DNA from: Octopus vulgaris
Lineage: Eukaryota
Length of the DNA stretch: 64,000 nucleotides
Reading direction: 5' to 3'
Assembly (NCBI GenBank): GCA_951406725.2
Contig: OX597821.1
Coordinates: forward strand, 15,004,001-15,068,000
This document shows, in pieces, positions 28,531 to 43,012 of this stretch. The position numbers and the translations under genes were made by a program. The notes beneath the pieces are model-generated. The model worked only from the letters and a program-made list of their open reading frames with translations. It searched no databases and was not told where the DNA came from. Each line of letters starts with the position of its first letter. Within the stretch, counting starts at the first letter, position 1.

Positions 28531-29606
28531 TTATAATATTCAGAAATATTTATCAGTATTAAATGAGCAAGAATCAATGTGTTCTAAGTTCAATTTCAGT
28601 CGATATCAACTTTGTCTTCCATTATTTAGCGGTGAAAGAAAATTGCCAATCCAGTCTTAACATCACTTGGTATTTTTGGTAGCTTTGGCAGAATGTATTA
28701 CGTAAGCATTCGAAAACGGGTCTCTGGTTTGAGATTGTTTCTCATTTCCCATCCATCTTGGAGGATCTATATAGGCTTATGTGCATTGTCGTCTCTCCTG
28801 GTAAAAATATATCAAGAACTTATACGTTTAAACTGAAGATGATATTTACTAATTTATAAACAATGATACTATTTGGCCGTTTCAAAACAACTTGGATAAA
28901 TACGATAAAATCTACAATTACTTATATAGGTTATATCTGAAATATATATGTATGTGCGCATACACCCACACAAATACACACAAACACACACACACACGTA
29001 TATAAGTAAGTATGCATGTATGTGTTTATGTGTTATCTTCTGTTTGTATGGATTTCGTTCGTACTACATTCTTTATTGTCACGAGATGCTTTTCCTGTTG
29101 ACTTCAGAGTATGACCTGATTCCATATTGACATTTGCAGTGTATAACTGTAGACATTAGCAATAACACTTGAAGCAACAACAAGAAAACAACAACAAATA
29201 CAGCATAAAAAAAATAATAATAATGATAATATAATGACGAAAAAATTACCATACTGTTTTGACATCTGATGTTCAAAATAAATTGAAAATACATTCTAGG
29301 TTCTTCTACTTCTATACATTCTTTGCGAGATATTTTTGTATAAAAGATGCGGCTATATTCGTTTTTGCATTGTTATTTTCAAGAATTGATTTTGAAGGTT
29401 ATTTTCTGGAGAATGTAGGTTAGGGAATATACAACAGAAGTTATATTTAAGAAATCAAAGGGAGAAGTTTGTCTTGGAAGTTTCCTATTCGTAAATTACG
29501 CACAATCATTGGTTGCATTTGAAATGACGGCACAAATCGCGAAATTGTGGCAGTATGTGCGATTGTGTGTGCAATTTTATGTACACAGACGTATACATAG
29601 TTCATG

Positions 29607-29645
<39 letters not shown>

Positions 29646-30180
29646 TCATGAACTGATTATATATATAAATGCACTATGTTGCCTATGACACACTTTCGAT
29701 CGACTGAATCCTGAAATTTCCATCGATCATTTTTCATTCGCAATGCAATTTTGGGTAAATATTAGCAAATATAAGAAAGTAAAAGCAAATAAGGATCCAA
29801 ACTAAAGCCAAATCCGATTCTTTAACAGATCAGCGCCTTAATACAAAAAGAGTACACTTACAATGTCAAAATGCGTGTGTGTGAGTGTGTGCCACTCTAT
29901 GTATTAGTGATTTTACTCAGTTTATATACATATATATGTATATATACACACACACAGACACACCACACGCAACTTTTACCCTTTATCTTTTACGTATGTC
30001 AGTCATTTTAGTGCGACCATGCTGAAGCAATACCCAGAAGGGTTTTAGTCGAACATATTGAACCCAGCACTAATTCTATCGGTGTCTTTAGCGGAACCGC
30101 TAAATTACAGGATCATAAATACACGAACACTGGTTGTGAAGCGGTGGTGGGGGACAAACACAGACACAAAGTCTTCCCCA

Positions 30181-30774
30181 TATATGTATGTATTTATATA
30201 TACGTATATATATATATATGTGTATGTATATATATATATACATATGTGTATGTATATATGTATATATATATACATATGTGTATGTATATATGTATATATA
30301 TATACATATGTATATATATATATGTATATATATATACATATGTGTATGTATATATGTATATATATATATACATATGTGTATGTATATATGTATATATATA
30401 TATACATATGTGTATGTATATATGTATATATATATACATATGTGTATGTATATATGTATATATATATACATATGTATGTATGTATATATATATATATGTA
30501 TGTATATATATATATATATACATATGTGTATGTATATATGTATATATATATATACATATGTGTATGTATATATGTATATATATATATACATATGTGTATG
30601 TATATATGTATATATATATATACATATGTGTATGTATATATGTATATATATATATACATATGTGTATGTATATATGTATATATATATACATATGTGTATG
30701 TATATATGTATATATATACATATGTGTATGTATATATGTATATATATATATATATATATATACATATGTGTATG

Positions 30775-30810
<36 letters not shown>

Positions 30811-30830
30811 CATGTGTGTATGTATATATG

Positions 30831-30864
<34 letters not shown>

Positions 30865-30874
30865 TATATACATA

Positions 30875-30916
<42 letters not shown>

Positions 30917-31000
30917 CATATGTGTATGTATATATATATATATATATATACATATGTGTATTTATATATATATATATACATATATATATGCATATGTGTA

Positions 31001-31031
<31 letters not shown>

Positions 31032-31042
31032 GCATATGTGTA

Positions 31043-31073
<31 letters not shown>

Positions 31074-31115
31074 GCATATGTGTATGTATATATATATATA
31101 TACACATATATATGC

Positions 31116-31188
<73 letters not shown>

Positions 31189-31190
31189 TA
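30181..31190. repeat. TA-derived minisatellite, ~30-34 bp unit (TA)n-CATATGTGTATGTATATATG
   Basis: The unit recurs many times, with a gcatatgtgtatg variant near the right end. Confidence 0.9.
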
Positions 31191-31825
<635 letters not shown>

Positions 31826-31912
31826 AATTTAGATTCAAATGAATATGGTACTTAACTTAGATGCACCAGAATTTTTTATGGTATTACCCATAAAATTATA
31901 TGGGGTGATTAT

Positions 31913-31985
31913 AACCCAAAAATAAGCAACAAGAATGGATCCGGTAATTTAAATTACTGGATCCATTATTGTTGCTTATTTTTGG

Positions 31986-31988
<3 letters not shown>
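31913..31988. repeat. Near-perfect spacerless palindrome in an insertion (31822-31990) inside (TA)n
   Basis: aacccaaaaataagcaacaagaatggatccggtaattt|aaattactggatccattattgttgcttatttttgggtt. Confidence 0.9.
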
Positions 31989-32016
<28 letters not shown>

Positions 32017-32965
32017 GACGGGCTTCATTAAGTTTCTGTCTATCAAATCTTCTCACAATACTTTGGTCGGCTCGAGGCAATATTAGAAGATACCAGATAC
32101 TCACCCAAGTTGCCATGCAGTACAACTCTCAACCCTGAAGTGTTTGGTTGAAAAGTAAGCTTCTTACCACATAACAACGGTACGAATGTATGCATATATG
32201 CATGTATATTTAGTACGTACACGTCCATACACAGATACGCATAGACAGCTACCTCACGTATATCTATGATGTTTGATTGAGATGAGTGCAATATTGCTAA
32301 AACATATATGGTGGAATTTGATTAGAGATATCAGTAATGCGTTTGACGAAATGAAGAATTAACTGGAAATAGAATAGTCTGTTATTGAAAACAAGTATAA
32401 ATGAAGTTCTACTACGAAGAAACACTAAGATATATTTCAGAGTTTAATTTATTATTTAGGGAATATATTAATAGTCGTAATTTTGGAAACGCGAGCGGAA
32501 TGACATTTTAATTTTTTTTTATTAAGTACATTTATTATTTTAAAACGAATATTATATTTAAATCTTTGTCTTGAAGTACTATTATCTTTTGAAATGGAAT
32601 GCCTTACAGAAGTCACTGAAATGCCTGCTAGTCAAGTTAACTGAAGATATTTTTGGTACAAGAGTATATCAAAGATTTCAACATTCGATGTCAACGAACT
32701 TCCTTTATGAAAACATATTTATAGATAAAAGCCCCTATCACGGTCTACTATATATCGATCCACTCTGTGTTTAACTATCTACTTCGTGAGTTAGCTAGTT
32801 GTGTGTATGTATGTGTGTGTATGTGTGTATGTGTGTATGTGTGTATGTATGTATGTATGTAGGTAGGTATGCATATGTTCTCTTTTTTTTCTTAATTTAG
32901 AATAAATTTTGATCGGCCACTATCTTGATTGCAAGGTTGTAGAGGAAGACATCTTGTCGTAACCA

Positions 32966-33710
32966 TCATCCTTTAAATAGTAGGAAGGTCTTGCAGATTT
33001 TTATAGTCCCACATATCGTTATAATTCACAACATATGAATTAAGGATTTGTGTTCTCTCCCCAATATCCCAAGCTCAGTCCTACTCTGCTCAAGACGGAT
33101 TGGTATGCGTCCTCTTGCTTAAATAATAAGTATAAAGTTGAAAATATATCTTCGGTTTGAGATTTGGAAGCATCTTACGAACGGTCCATAGGCGTCTTCA
33201 ACCTCTTGTATCTTTCTAACAACACTGGTGTCCAGAGGGCAGCTGATTTACCAAATACAACTTACCTTCTCCTTGTTGCCCCATATAACAATATTTATCC
33301 AGTTGTGTTGTAACTTGGTGGCTGTTTTAATTTTTAAGTTCCACCCATTATTCTTTTGACATACGTCGGTTTGAATATGGTCAACTTCGTTTGTAGGTGT
33401 TTCTTTTTGTTATTCTGTTCCAAACTGTTTCGGCTACAGCATCATGTCTCGTGGGAGAATAATATAAGGAAGACAATACTCCAGCAGTTGGCAATAATGT
33501 GTTTGTTGTCTTCAATCTTAGTCTTGCCCAGCATGCGTTTGTTGTTTGTCAAAGTTTTCTGCATTTTACGCTGTAGGTACTTGGTGGGTTCTTGAATGGT
33601 ACGGAGGGATGTCATAAACTTGTCAGAAGTCTATACAAAGAGTTTGACATAATCAATTCCTTCTATGGTTTCTTTTTCAATATGGTCGATATTTGGCCAT
33701 ACAGTTTCAA
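32966..33710 (-). pseudogene. R4/Dong-like non-LTR retrotransposon C-terminus (zinc knuckle and REL endonuclease), frameshifted
   Basis: Minus-strand translations: SDKFMTS..TIQEPTKYLQRK, KTKIEDNKHIIANC, PTRHDAVAETVWN, WNLKIKTATKLQHNWINIVIW, SCPLDTSVVRKIQEVEDAYGPFVR, GTIKICKTFLLFKG*. Confidence 0.8.
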
Positions 33711-34471
33711 GTCATATGTATGGATGAACGTTTCACTGCGTCTCTCTACTCTGCATACATACAAACACACACACACACACATACATATATATTTATACAT
33801 ACATACACACAAGCGCACTCACATATACAGGGCTAAATTTTACATTGCATAGCCCCTTTTTACATACATACACAGGCACACACACACACCACATATATCC
33901 AGCCACCTTATATCTATCGTTCTATTTCTCTCTCTTTCTTTCTCTCTCTCTGTAGCTATCTATCTATCATCTATCTATCAATCAATCTAGACATCTCTCT
34001 CTCTGTCTGTCTGTCTATCTTTATACCTATCTCTATCCGAAGCTATCCCACTATTTATATCTACCTCCTTCTGTACCTAACATGCAGTCACTAGATCAAT
34101 CAGTCAATCATTCAATGCATCTGTTTATCGATCGATCTGAGGTAGGAAGATGTATCTGAGAGATGCCAAGATAAACGATCGGTTGACCGAATATGTCTCT
34201 TATTTTTTCTCCCCCAGTAGAATTCTACTTGTTATATCTAAAAGTACATGGAATTCTCGATGAATTCTATGTGTCGTTTATAGAATTCTGCTCTTAACCC
34301 ACATCCAGAATGTACATGCATCTGGCTCTGTTAATATCTTACTTCTATTACGAGAATATTCCTAGACTAATGTCACGAATACCTTTTTATTCCATTACCT
34401 AACAATAGATAGGCAATATAATTACTCTTACATACATACACACATACTTGCATTCAAACATGTACACACAC

Positions 34472-34517
<46 letters not shown>

Positions 34518-34531
34518 CCGATGTATCAATT

Positions 34532-34593
<62 letters not shown>

Positions 34594-34798
34594 GTATATA
34601 TATATCTATACCTATATCTGTCTATCTCTCTCTCTCGCTATATATATATATATACACACACACATATATATGTATGAATATACATGAATATTTATATATA
34701 TACATGTATATGTGTGTGCGTGTGTGTGTATGTATATATATGTGTATATAGGTATATGATATGAAAACGAAAATGGAATTTACGACACTGCTTAATAT

Positions 34799-34901
34799 TC
34801 ACTATGATCGTTTCAACCTATCGTGCACCGGTGCCTCGCGTGTGAGATACTGTACAAGTAATTCTGGTGCATCGTAACTGTAGATGAGTCTCGTCAGATG
34901 A
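34799..34901 (-). ncRNA. Hammerhead motif with long stem-II loop
   Basis: tcat-CTGACGA-gactcatc...gataggtt-GAAA-CGATCa-TA-gtga; the 3' end points into the adjacent microsatellite. Confidence 0.5.
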
Positions 34902-35259
34902 TGAGTCAAAAGGTACCACGTGTTTAAATATCCGTTTCGCTTATTTGTATTATAATACATTTTAGTATTTCGCTATTCATGCACTGAAGAAACTGTGTTA
35001 TAATGTAGAATACTTCTCATATTAGCAATAAAGTGATTTATAAAGAATAAAAAAATAACAAAATAGAAAATCAAGGAAGTGAATCAAATAATGCTATACG
35101 CTGATAATAAATACAGTTAAATTAAAAATATAAAGCAACAATTTGACGGAGACAGAACAAAATATGCAACACAGAAATCTCCATTGAATATTTAAGCTGA
35201 CATAAGCTGACCTTTACCTGTTCACGAAGCAAATAATTTTGGGTAACAATACATCCATC

Positions 35260-35328
35260 CATATATTCCATGTGCTCGTATTTCGTATCTTTTGTTGTAC
35301 ACGTTTCGTGACGTCTTGTTCCCACATA

Positions 35329-35370
<42 letters not shown>

Positions 35371-35916
35371 TCTCTCTTCCTTTCTCCCGTTCTCCCCCTC
35401 CTGTTTTTTTTTCTCACTTATCCTGTCACTTATTTCCCTCACTCTTCCTCCCTTACTCACGTGGCTCCCACATGACCATCGGCCATCTTTCTTCTCCTAA
35501 CTTGTGTTTCTTTCTTGCTCTGCGTTGTAGCTGGATCAAAGAAGACGCGTTCTTGTCTGTCTCCTGTCCAAGCTTCATTTACACGTTCGCCACCACAACC
35601 TCGTTTAGGCTTAGCAGCCCTTCCTGTTTGTTGTCACTCTCCTGTTTGTGTTACCAATTTTGACCCCTGCAAAATCCCAAATTTTATTTAATTTGCTTTG
35701 CGGGAGCAACTGTTTTATCGAAAGCGTATTTTGTTGTGAAATGTTCGAAATACGAGAGTAGAAAAACAGCCAACAACTGATGAAGGGCCATTTTTTGTAA
35801 TGTTTGTCTTGTTTTCCATTTGTGTCTTTCGTTGTTCGAAAAAATAGTTCATATTTTATGTACTCGTACTTCTTATTTTTGTTGTACATGTTTCGTGACG
35901 TCCTGTGCCCACATAT

Positions 35917-35920
<4 letters not shown>
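35260..35920 (+). mobile_element. Unclassified repeat with a directly repeated 3' end (35270-35330, 35860-35918), possibly Penelope-like
   Basis: tttgttgtaca(c/t)gtttcgtgacgtc(t/c)tgt.cccacatat occurs twice, each followed by a microsatellite; CTGATGA at ~35777. Confidence 0.45.
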
Positions 35921-35993
<73 letters not shown>

Positions 35994-36049
35994 GAATAGA
36001 TGTAAGTAAGTACATATACTTATGTATATGTATATATATATATATTATT

Positions 36050-36088
<39 letters not shown>

Positions 36089-37099
36089 TATACAGTAATT
36101 ATAACGATAGAGAATATGGAGACTGGTACATTCACAAAACTTATTTCCTTTTATTTTACAATTTCATACCACATGTTTGTGGTTAGGTCGACCTACACGT
36201 GTTTCCATTGCCCAATATATGGTAGTTGATGTGAAACAAATGCATGGCCTTTCTTACCTAACCTAGTATATATTCTTTCCTATTTCTACTATCCAGCATA
36301 AATACCACAGCCACGAAAATAACTAAGAACATTACATTGAACTGAACCATCCTAAAATAAAATGCTTTACAAGAACTATTATCTTTAGCGTCGATCAGGT
36401 AAATGACAAAAGAATTTTCAAATCTGGTCAGCGCCTCTATTTAAAAGGCATAGCTTATACGGAATTATATTATCTAACGTATTCTACCTTTTCGAAGACG
36501 GCAGAGCGTGATTTTAGCCAGATTTTAAGCATGTTTAGACATAGAGCTGAAGTTCCTCTGCTGCTAATATTTTATGAGATATGAACTAAGTCGGAGCCGA
36601 TGCAATAAATTCATAAATAATTGAGTAAATGAATATTTATAAGCAACATCGGAAAAAAAGATATTATATTCACCTGCATTGTAATAGAAATATTTGTCAT
36701 CAATTTTTACATAATTTAACAAAATATCAATAAATAATATATAATTGTTCTGATTTGACTACGATAGTAGCAACAATAATCACTTATTGGCGACAACGCG
36801 TCTAAATATCGGACACAAGAAAATTCAATGCTGGAAGACATGTTTCTCGCTTTTAGAAATTAACAAGAAAACATCGATCATATGTGATTAAAGAATATAA
36901 ATTAAAATGAATTTTGAATTATGTGTTTCTTGCACTAGAGTTAATAATGATATTCATCGTGAGAGTAATATTTCAGAATACACAAAGAGTCCCACGCATT
37001 ATTCAGAAACTTATGCACACGTGAATGTTTTCCTGTATGTATGAACATATGTATTGTTAAGTCAATCTTAGTGCTACTAGCAATATGTAACCTAACACC

Positions 37100-37310
37100 A
37101 CCTGTTCCTTGTTCGGGTCGTCGGTGGTTATACCGCCAAGCCTACCAAGCCTGTAAGGTAGAGAGGATGGTCTTTGGTGTGCACCATACCGGATGAAAAA
37201 CAAAAATGCGGATGAACTGAGTAGCATCAGAGGGCATCTAATAGCTATGGGTGCAAGAGGACCCCTAGTCTTTGTTTAAACACCTCTCTCGGAGAAAGAA
37301 AACTAGGTGT
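37100..37310 (+). mobile_element. Possible RTE-type LINE 5' UTR remnant
   Basis: GC-richer island with cacctctctcggagaaagaaaact, resembling RTE 5'-UTR motifs (from recall only). Confidence 0.3.
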
Positions 37311-37975
37311 AACGCCTTTGATTTCATTTGCATCCAGTGATCTAGACGCATTTGTCTTTAAGAGAATGCATTCGCTGTTCGTTCAGAGAATGGCACTTGA
37401 TCTGCGTATAGCCTTTCCTCATGTTAGAAAGCTTCAAATAAAGACATTACTTGAATTTTAACATCTCTATTATGTGTTGCAAACAATGTTTGGTCGTAGT
37501 CCACAAAGGCAAAGTCTCAAACACAATTTCCATAGCGGAATGAAGGCATGTGTCAACGTGATTGATAATCCTTCAGAACTATTCCTGGCGTCAATCGTTT
37601 TCACCTCTGTATTACTCATATTTTAGAACCGGTGGCATTACTTGAAATCAAGTTGCAGCCATTATGTATGTATGTATGTATGTATGTATGTATGTATGTA
37701 TGTATGTATGTATGTATGTATGTATGCATGTATGTATATATGCATGCATCTATGAGTGCATGGATGAGTATGACTTCAAACTGCATTTAGAGTTGAGACC
37801 TGATTCGGAAGTTTCAGGGTTTTGAGAAGTTTGAAATACATATAGTTGTAAATATTAGCATGTAAATTTTGGACTGAAAATAGTCGATGAATTATTTCAC
37901 ATTCTCTCTAAAATGTAGAAAATTCTGATAAGGTCAGGTCTCTCGAACTTATCTTTCTTCCTTTCTCTCTGCCTA

Positions 37976-38029
<54 letters not shown>

Positions 38030-38291
38030 TATATGTATACACATATACATATATGTACAATATATACATACACACACGTATATATATATACATATATACA
38101 TATATGTATATATATATACATATATAAAAATAATTTTCCATCACGGGCTATTCTTTAGTGGAAAGCAATACTTTCGTATTGCATTACTATTTTTATTGAA
38201 ACTTCTTCACTGTTCTCGTTCTGTTAACGTCTTGGCGTTCAGTCGAGTGTATTGGCATGGGTGTGGCAACATTTGAAATGTTGTCAATGTA

Positions 38292-38366
38292 AATGTTGGC
38301 TGATGAAGATAAATCAAGTATATGTGTGCAGACATATTTTGAAAAATCTGAAACCGGTACCACATT
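38292..38366 (+). ncRNA. Minimal type-I hammerhead ribozyme motif, canonical core
   Basis: aatgttgg-CTGATGA-agat...atct-GAAA-CCGG-TA-ccacatt; stem I pairs with one bulge. Confidence 0.7.
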
Positions 38367-38551
38367 ATCCCTTTGTAGGTATTTCATCTTTCAGATGTTC
38401 TCCCTGGAGGTAAGACAATTTTTTTCAAGTTTGTTGCACACACGCATTTTTGCTAGTACATACGCAGTGAAGCTATACATTAGCGTCGTATTTATTACGT
38501 TCGTTATTTTCCAGTAAATATCGGTACTTCGTTGTACCATTTATTTGCTTT

Positions 38552-38635
<84 letters not shown>

Positions 38636-41600
38636 TATACATATATATATATATGTACACACACATATATATATATGTACACAAATATATATATATATAT
38701 ATATATATTCATATATGCATTTATATATATTATTAGTTAATAAGACATAAGTTATACACCTGTTAGTTTGCGGTGAAGTACGTTCACTGGCTCAGTATTC
38801 GTTTGGTATTTCATTAGTGAGAGAGACGCATGTTCAGTATTCCAACTGTGAGAGTTCGATGCTTGAAGTGTCGAAACAAACGTATATATTTATCCCTCTC
38901 TCTCATTCTCTCCTCTCTCTATCTGTCTATCGTCTTGAGGTTTACTCTGATGCAGCTATGTGTTAACTAACATGTGAACCACTGCGAGTGAAAGACCCCT
39001 AGCTTAATTTAGAAGAAAATCTGAAGCGTTGTTGGTCTCAGACGCTGTTGTGCCGCTGGTGTTATAGCTGACTGCGTTGAAAAAACCTTTTCAGTTCTGT
39101 GCAATACATTCTCCACTCAAACAGATTCAATCACAAGAATGTCGTTGACTACTCGAACATTTGCATGAATTTACTATGTTTAGACGTCACAAGTTGACTT
39201 CCAGCATGGATATATTTAGCTATGAGGTGTGTGTGCATGTGTGTGCGTGCATGTGTGTGTCTGTGTGTTTACGCGTACGTGTATGTATACGTTAATGTTA
39301 ATAATATGGAAAATATTAGAATTCGGTCAGTATCAGCAAGACTGGATTCGTCTTCATGAAAATGAGTGTGTACAGCACTCTCATTCAGTGTATCATTGAT
39401 TGTATATCCTTTGTGTTTGCATATACCCATCCATCCATCCAACCATTCAGCCGTCCATCCGACCGTCAATTCATTTCTGTACCCATCTATCCATGCATAC
39501 ATGTATACATACAAAATTTGCCAAAATTTCATTTCTTCTTGAGTAAACCGCATTTCCTCTACCGCTCGTCCATACACCAGCACTTTGTTTCTCATTATCG
39601 CTTCTAAATGTCTGGTCACAATCTTTGTCATATGACATTCTCAGATAATTGCAGTGGTATAGAATACATCAACATAAATTATGAAGAATAAATTAAATTA
39701 TAATGAAATAAAATAAATTAAATTAAAATGGGTTATTCATAAAGCGCTGAAAAATAAAGGAAGCAAACAATAAACTGACAGAAATAAGATAATCATTGGA
39801 GATTATAAGTTATTATGAAGGGATTCCGGATTCAACAGGGATTCAGGAACCAGCTGATCTGAAGATAAAATTATGTTGATAATAAAATTTATGTGTGGGT
39901 ATTTCTTTGATTTTATCACTTCAAATGATAGCAGTATGAGGTGATAAATGTGATAGTCTAGTGCAGTATTTATATTTCCACAAATGGATATTCACTATAA
40001 CAAGCAATTTAAATTACACAGCTAAAATACAATTCTTACACTACACTTCCATACGGCAGTTGTATATATTGGCATAACGAATTAGAGTACAATAAAGGTG
40101 AATTATACGAAACGTTAATATTTTATTGTCGTAACTGTAAATTGAAAACACCTACACTTCAGAGTTCATAATGATCTTACAAATGAAGAAACATCTAATT
40201 ATTTTATGTATGATATATCTAACTAGAATATCTTTCTTTTATCGGAAAAGCGTTGCAAGTTTTCTATTGATTAAAGTTGGGAAAAAATATTTTGTTCCTA
40301 ATTATAGTTTTGAAACCATGTTTGCACTAAAACCACCCACAAAGGAGATCTTTGGAGAGATAACTGAGTAGCTGATTCTATTTTTGTTCCCTGTTTCAAC
40401 TATCTATGTGACTAATTTTTCTAAATTTCTCAAGTGACCTTTGCAGAAATTGTAAAGAATCTCTTATCAGTTCAGTCGAAATTAAGAAATAAAGAAATAA
40501 ACCAAATCACCGAGGAAACAGAAATGGAACATTACCATTACTCTGTGTTATTCACGATACCATAAACAATAACAGAAAGACTGAAATTCCTAAAATTCTG
40601 AGTAAAAAACCTTAAAAAAAATAAACAAGAAATATGATAAGAAAGAAGAGCAAAAGCAAAACAAAACGAAACGAAATAAATCTTATCAAAGAAGAAAGAA
40701 ACAACTCCATATAATATTCCCTAGCAGGTTGTTTGTCTAGTGCATGTCTTCAGTTTATGAAAACGTTGGAAGATCTAAAGTTCTAAGACGATGATAACGT
40801 GCTTCAGACGATGTCGTAAATAGAATATGGCCTATGTATTTATTTTCCCAGGATTTTTCTAAACGTAAACAATTGTATTTATATTGTTGGTTGATGTGAT
40901 TGTTGTTTACGAATTTTAAGAAAATTATTGTATCGCTCCGTTACATAACGTCTCTGATATTATCATTGCTTATACTAAACATCTTCTGTGAACATCACGA
41001 ATTTAGCGTAAAAAACTTTGTCAAAATAAATACACAAAATAAAAGCAGCTTATTGACTACTATTGTATACGTAGTTGCAAATTTTACAAACACCTACATT
41101 TGATATTTAGACACAAATATAAGTCAAAAATCTTGTAGATCTGTTTTAGAGTTATGTTGCTTATAAAAACATTGCAATGCTATTTTTATAATTTCCTCGC
41201 AAAGAACTTGTATGTAATACTCTTCCGTTATTCTCTGTAAATTTGGTCTTACTAAGATTTTGATGCATCAAGATGCGACGAACAAAAGATAGAAAGAAAT
41301 TCAATGGTATCTAATAAAATTATTAATTATGGTCTACCTGCTGATTAATATTATGATGTCACCGTTGGTTATGTTGATTTGTCTATAAAAATATTTAAAA
41401 AATAAATTTTGGTAAATGATAATTGAAATAAAACAGCTGCTCAGTCAGATACCAGACGCCAATTTTGTGGAAAAGTGGACGAAAGAATTAATCAGTTGTT
41501 CAACGAATGTACTTGGCTTGCACAAAAAAAGAAGAGAAAACAAACATATAAATGCAGGTATGGTCGGTAAAAAGGTCTGGTAGGGTTTTATCCAATTTAG

Positions 41601-41989
41601 TTGATTTGATTTAACAGAAGCGTAGTATAAACACTAACTAGAGGTTATCAGGGCTAAGTTTAATCACTGAATTTCATGAGATCACTGCATAATATTGGCC
41701 ATATGTTTGAAGGAAGGAACCAGATGTGGTAGTGGAACATATATAGATCTAATCTTCGTTCCGAGTAACGAATATAATGGACTAATATGTCACCTTTAAG
41801 ATGGTAAAGACAAGCTTTATTATTTTACTAACATTACAATCTGTGTAAACCCTAATTTTTCGATGGCTTCAAGTCGTTGTTCATCTTACTGTTATAAAAA
41901 CGGTTAACATAGTGAATTTAAGTTACGATAAGGTTAACACACAAGAGTCAACACAGAAGAGTTATCAGAAGCAAAACAATATAGATTTC

Positions 41990-42217
41990 TTTACTACCCA
42001 CAAGGGGCTAAACACAGAGGGGAAAAAACAAGGACAGACAAAGCGATTAAGTCGATTCCATCGACCCCAGTGCGTAACTGGTACTTAATTTATCGACCCC
42101 GAAAGGATGAAAGGCAAATCAACCTCGGCGGAATTTGAACTCAAAACGTAACGGCAGACGAAATACGGCTACGCATTTCACCCGGCGTGCTACCGTTTCT
42201 GCCAGCTCGCCGCCTTC
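41990..42217 (-). mobile_element. SINE-B, young full-length copy (Nin/Deu-domain-like core)
   Basis: tRNA-like head, gcctttcatcctttcggggtcgataaattaagtaccag core; 26-bp TSD (41964-41989 / 42218-42243). Confidence 0.93.
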
Positions 42218-42546
42218 ATCAGAAGCAAAACAATATAGATTTCCAAAACAAAACGCGATAAAACCCGAAGCTGAAAGCCTACAACTTGTTTGCTTACCAT
42301 CCATTTAAAACGTTTCGATCTATATTGTAGAAAATGCAGGCATATAAAACAAGAAGAACAGAGAGAGTTATCTGAAAAATTTAGTCTCAGCGAGGAAATA
42401 AATTTTGATTACATACAAAATTTTCGGCAGTTTAGTAAGAAAAATCAGCTTAAGTGATTTCACCTTTGTGATGACTCTCAGAAACGCAAATGTCACGTCA
42501 CAACTGAACAAAGAAAGAATACATCATCAGCAAAAATATACATATA

Positions 42547-42953
42547 GGCGCAGGAGTGGCTGTGTGGTAAGTAGCTTGCTAACCAACCACATTGTTCCAG
42601 GTTCAATCCCACTGCGTGGCATCTTGGGCGAGTGTCTTCTGCTATAGCCCCGGGCCGACCAATGCCTTGTGAGTGGATTTGGTAGACGGAAACTGAAAGA
42701 AGCTTGTCGTATATATGTATATATATATGTATGTGTGTGTGTTTGTGTGTCTGTGTCTGTCCCCTTAGCATTGCTTGACAACCGATGCTGGTGTGTTTGC
42801 GTCCCCGTCACTTAGCGGTTCGGCAAAAGAGACCGATAGAATAAGTACTGGGCTTACGAAGAATAAGTCCCGGGGTCGAGTTGCTCGACTGAAGGCGGTG
42901 CTCCAGCATGGCCGCAGTCAAATGACTGAAACAAGTAAAAGAGTAAAAGAGTA
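42547..42953 (+). mobile_element. SINE-D, full length
   Basis: A-box tggctgtgtgg, B-box ggttcaatccc, CORE-like cttgggcgagtgtctt, internal (TA)/(TG), (gtaaaaga)n tail; nearly identical to 55153-55573. Confidence 0.92.
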
Positions 42954-43012
42954 TATATTAACAGGCTACTAAGTTAACGTCCTGGATTTAAGCAAGAAGC
43001 GCTGACATTGTA

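Noticed and set aside
35775-35850. CTGATGA-agggc...gttc-GAAA
   Set aside because: No stem III, cleavage triplet or stem I partner found.
38395-38409. Possible 15-nt microexon (tttcag|ATGTTCTCCCTGGAG|gtaaga)
   Set aside because: Lies just downstream of an HHR in a probable retroelement remnant, with no supporting neighbouring exons; RNA-seq would be needed.
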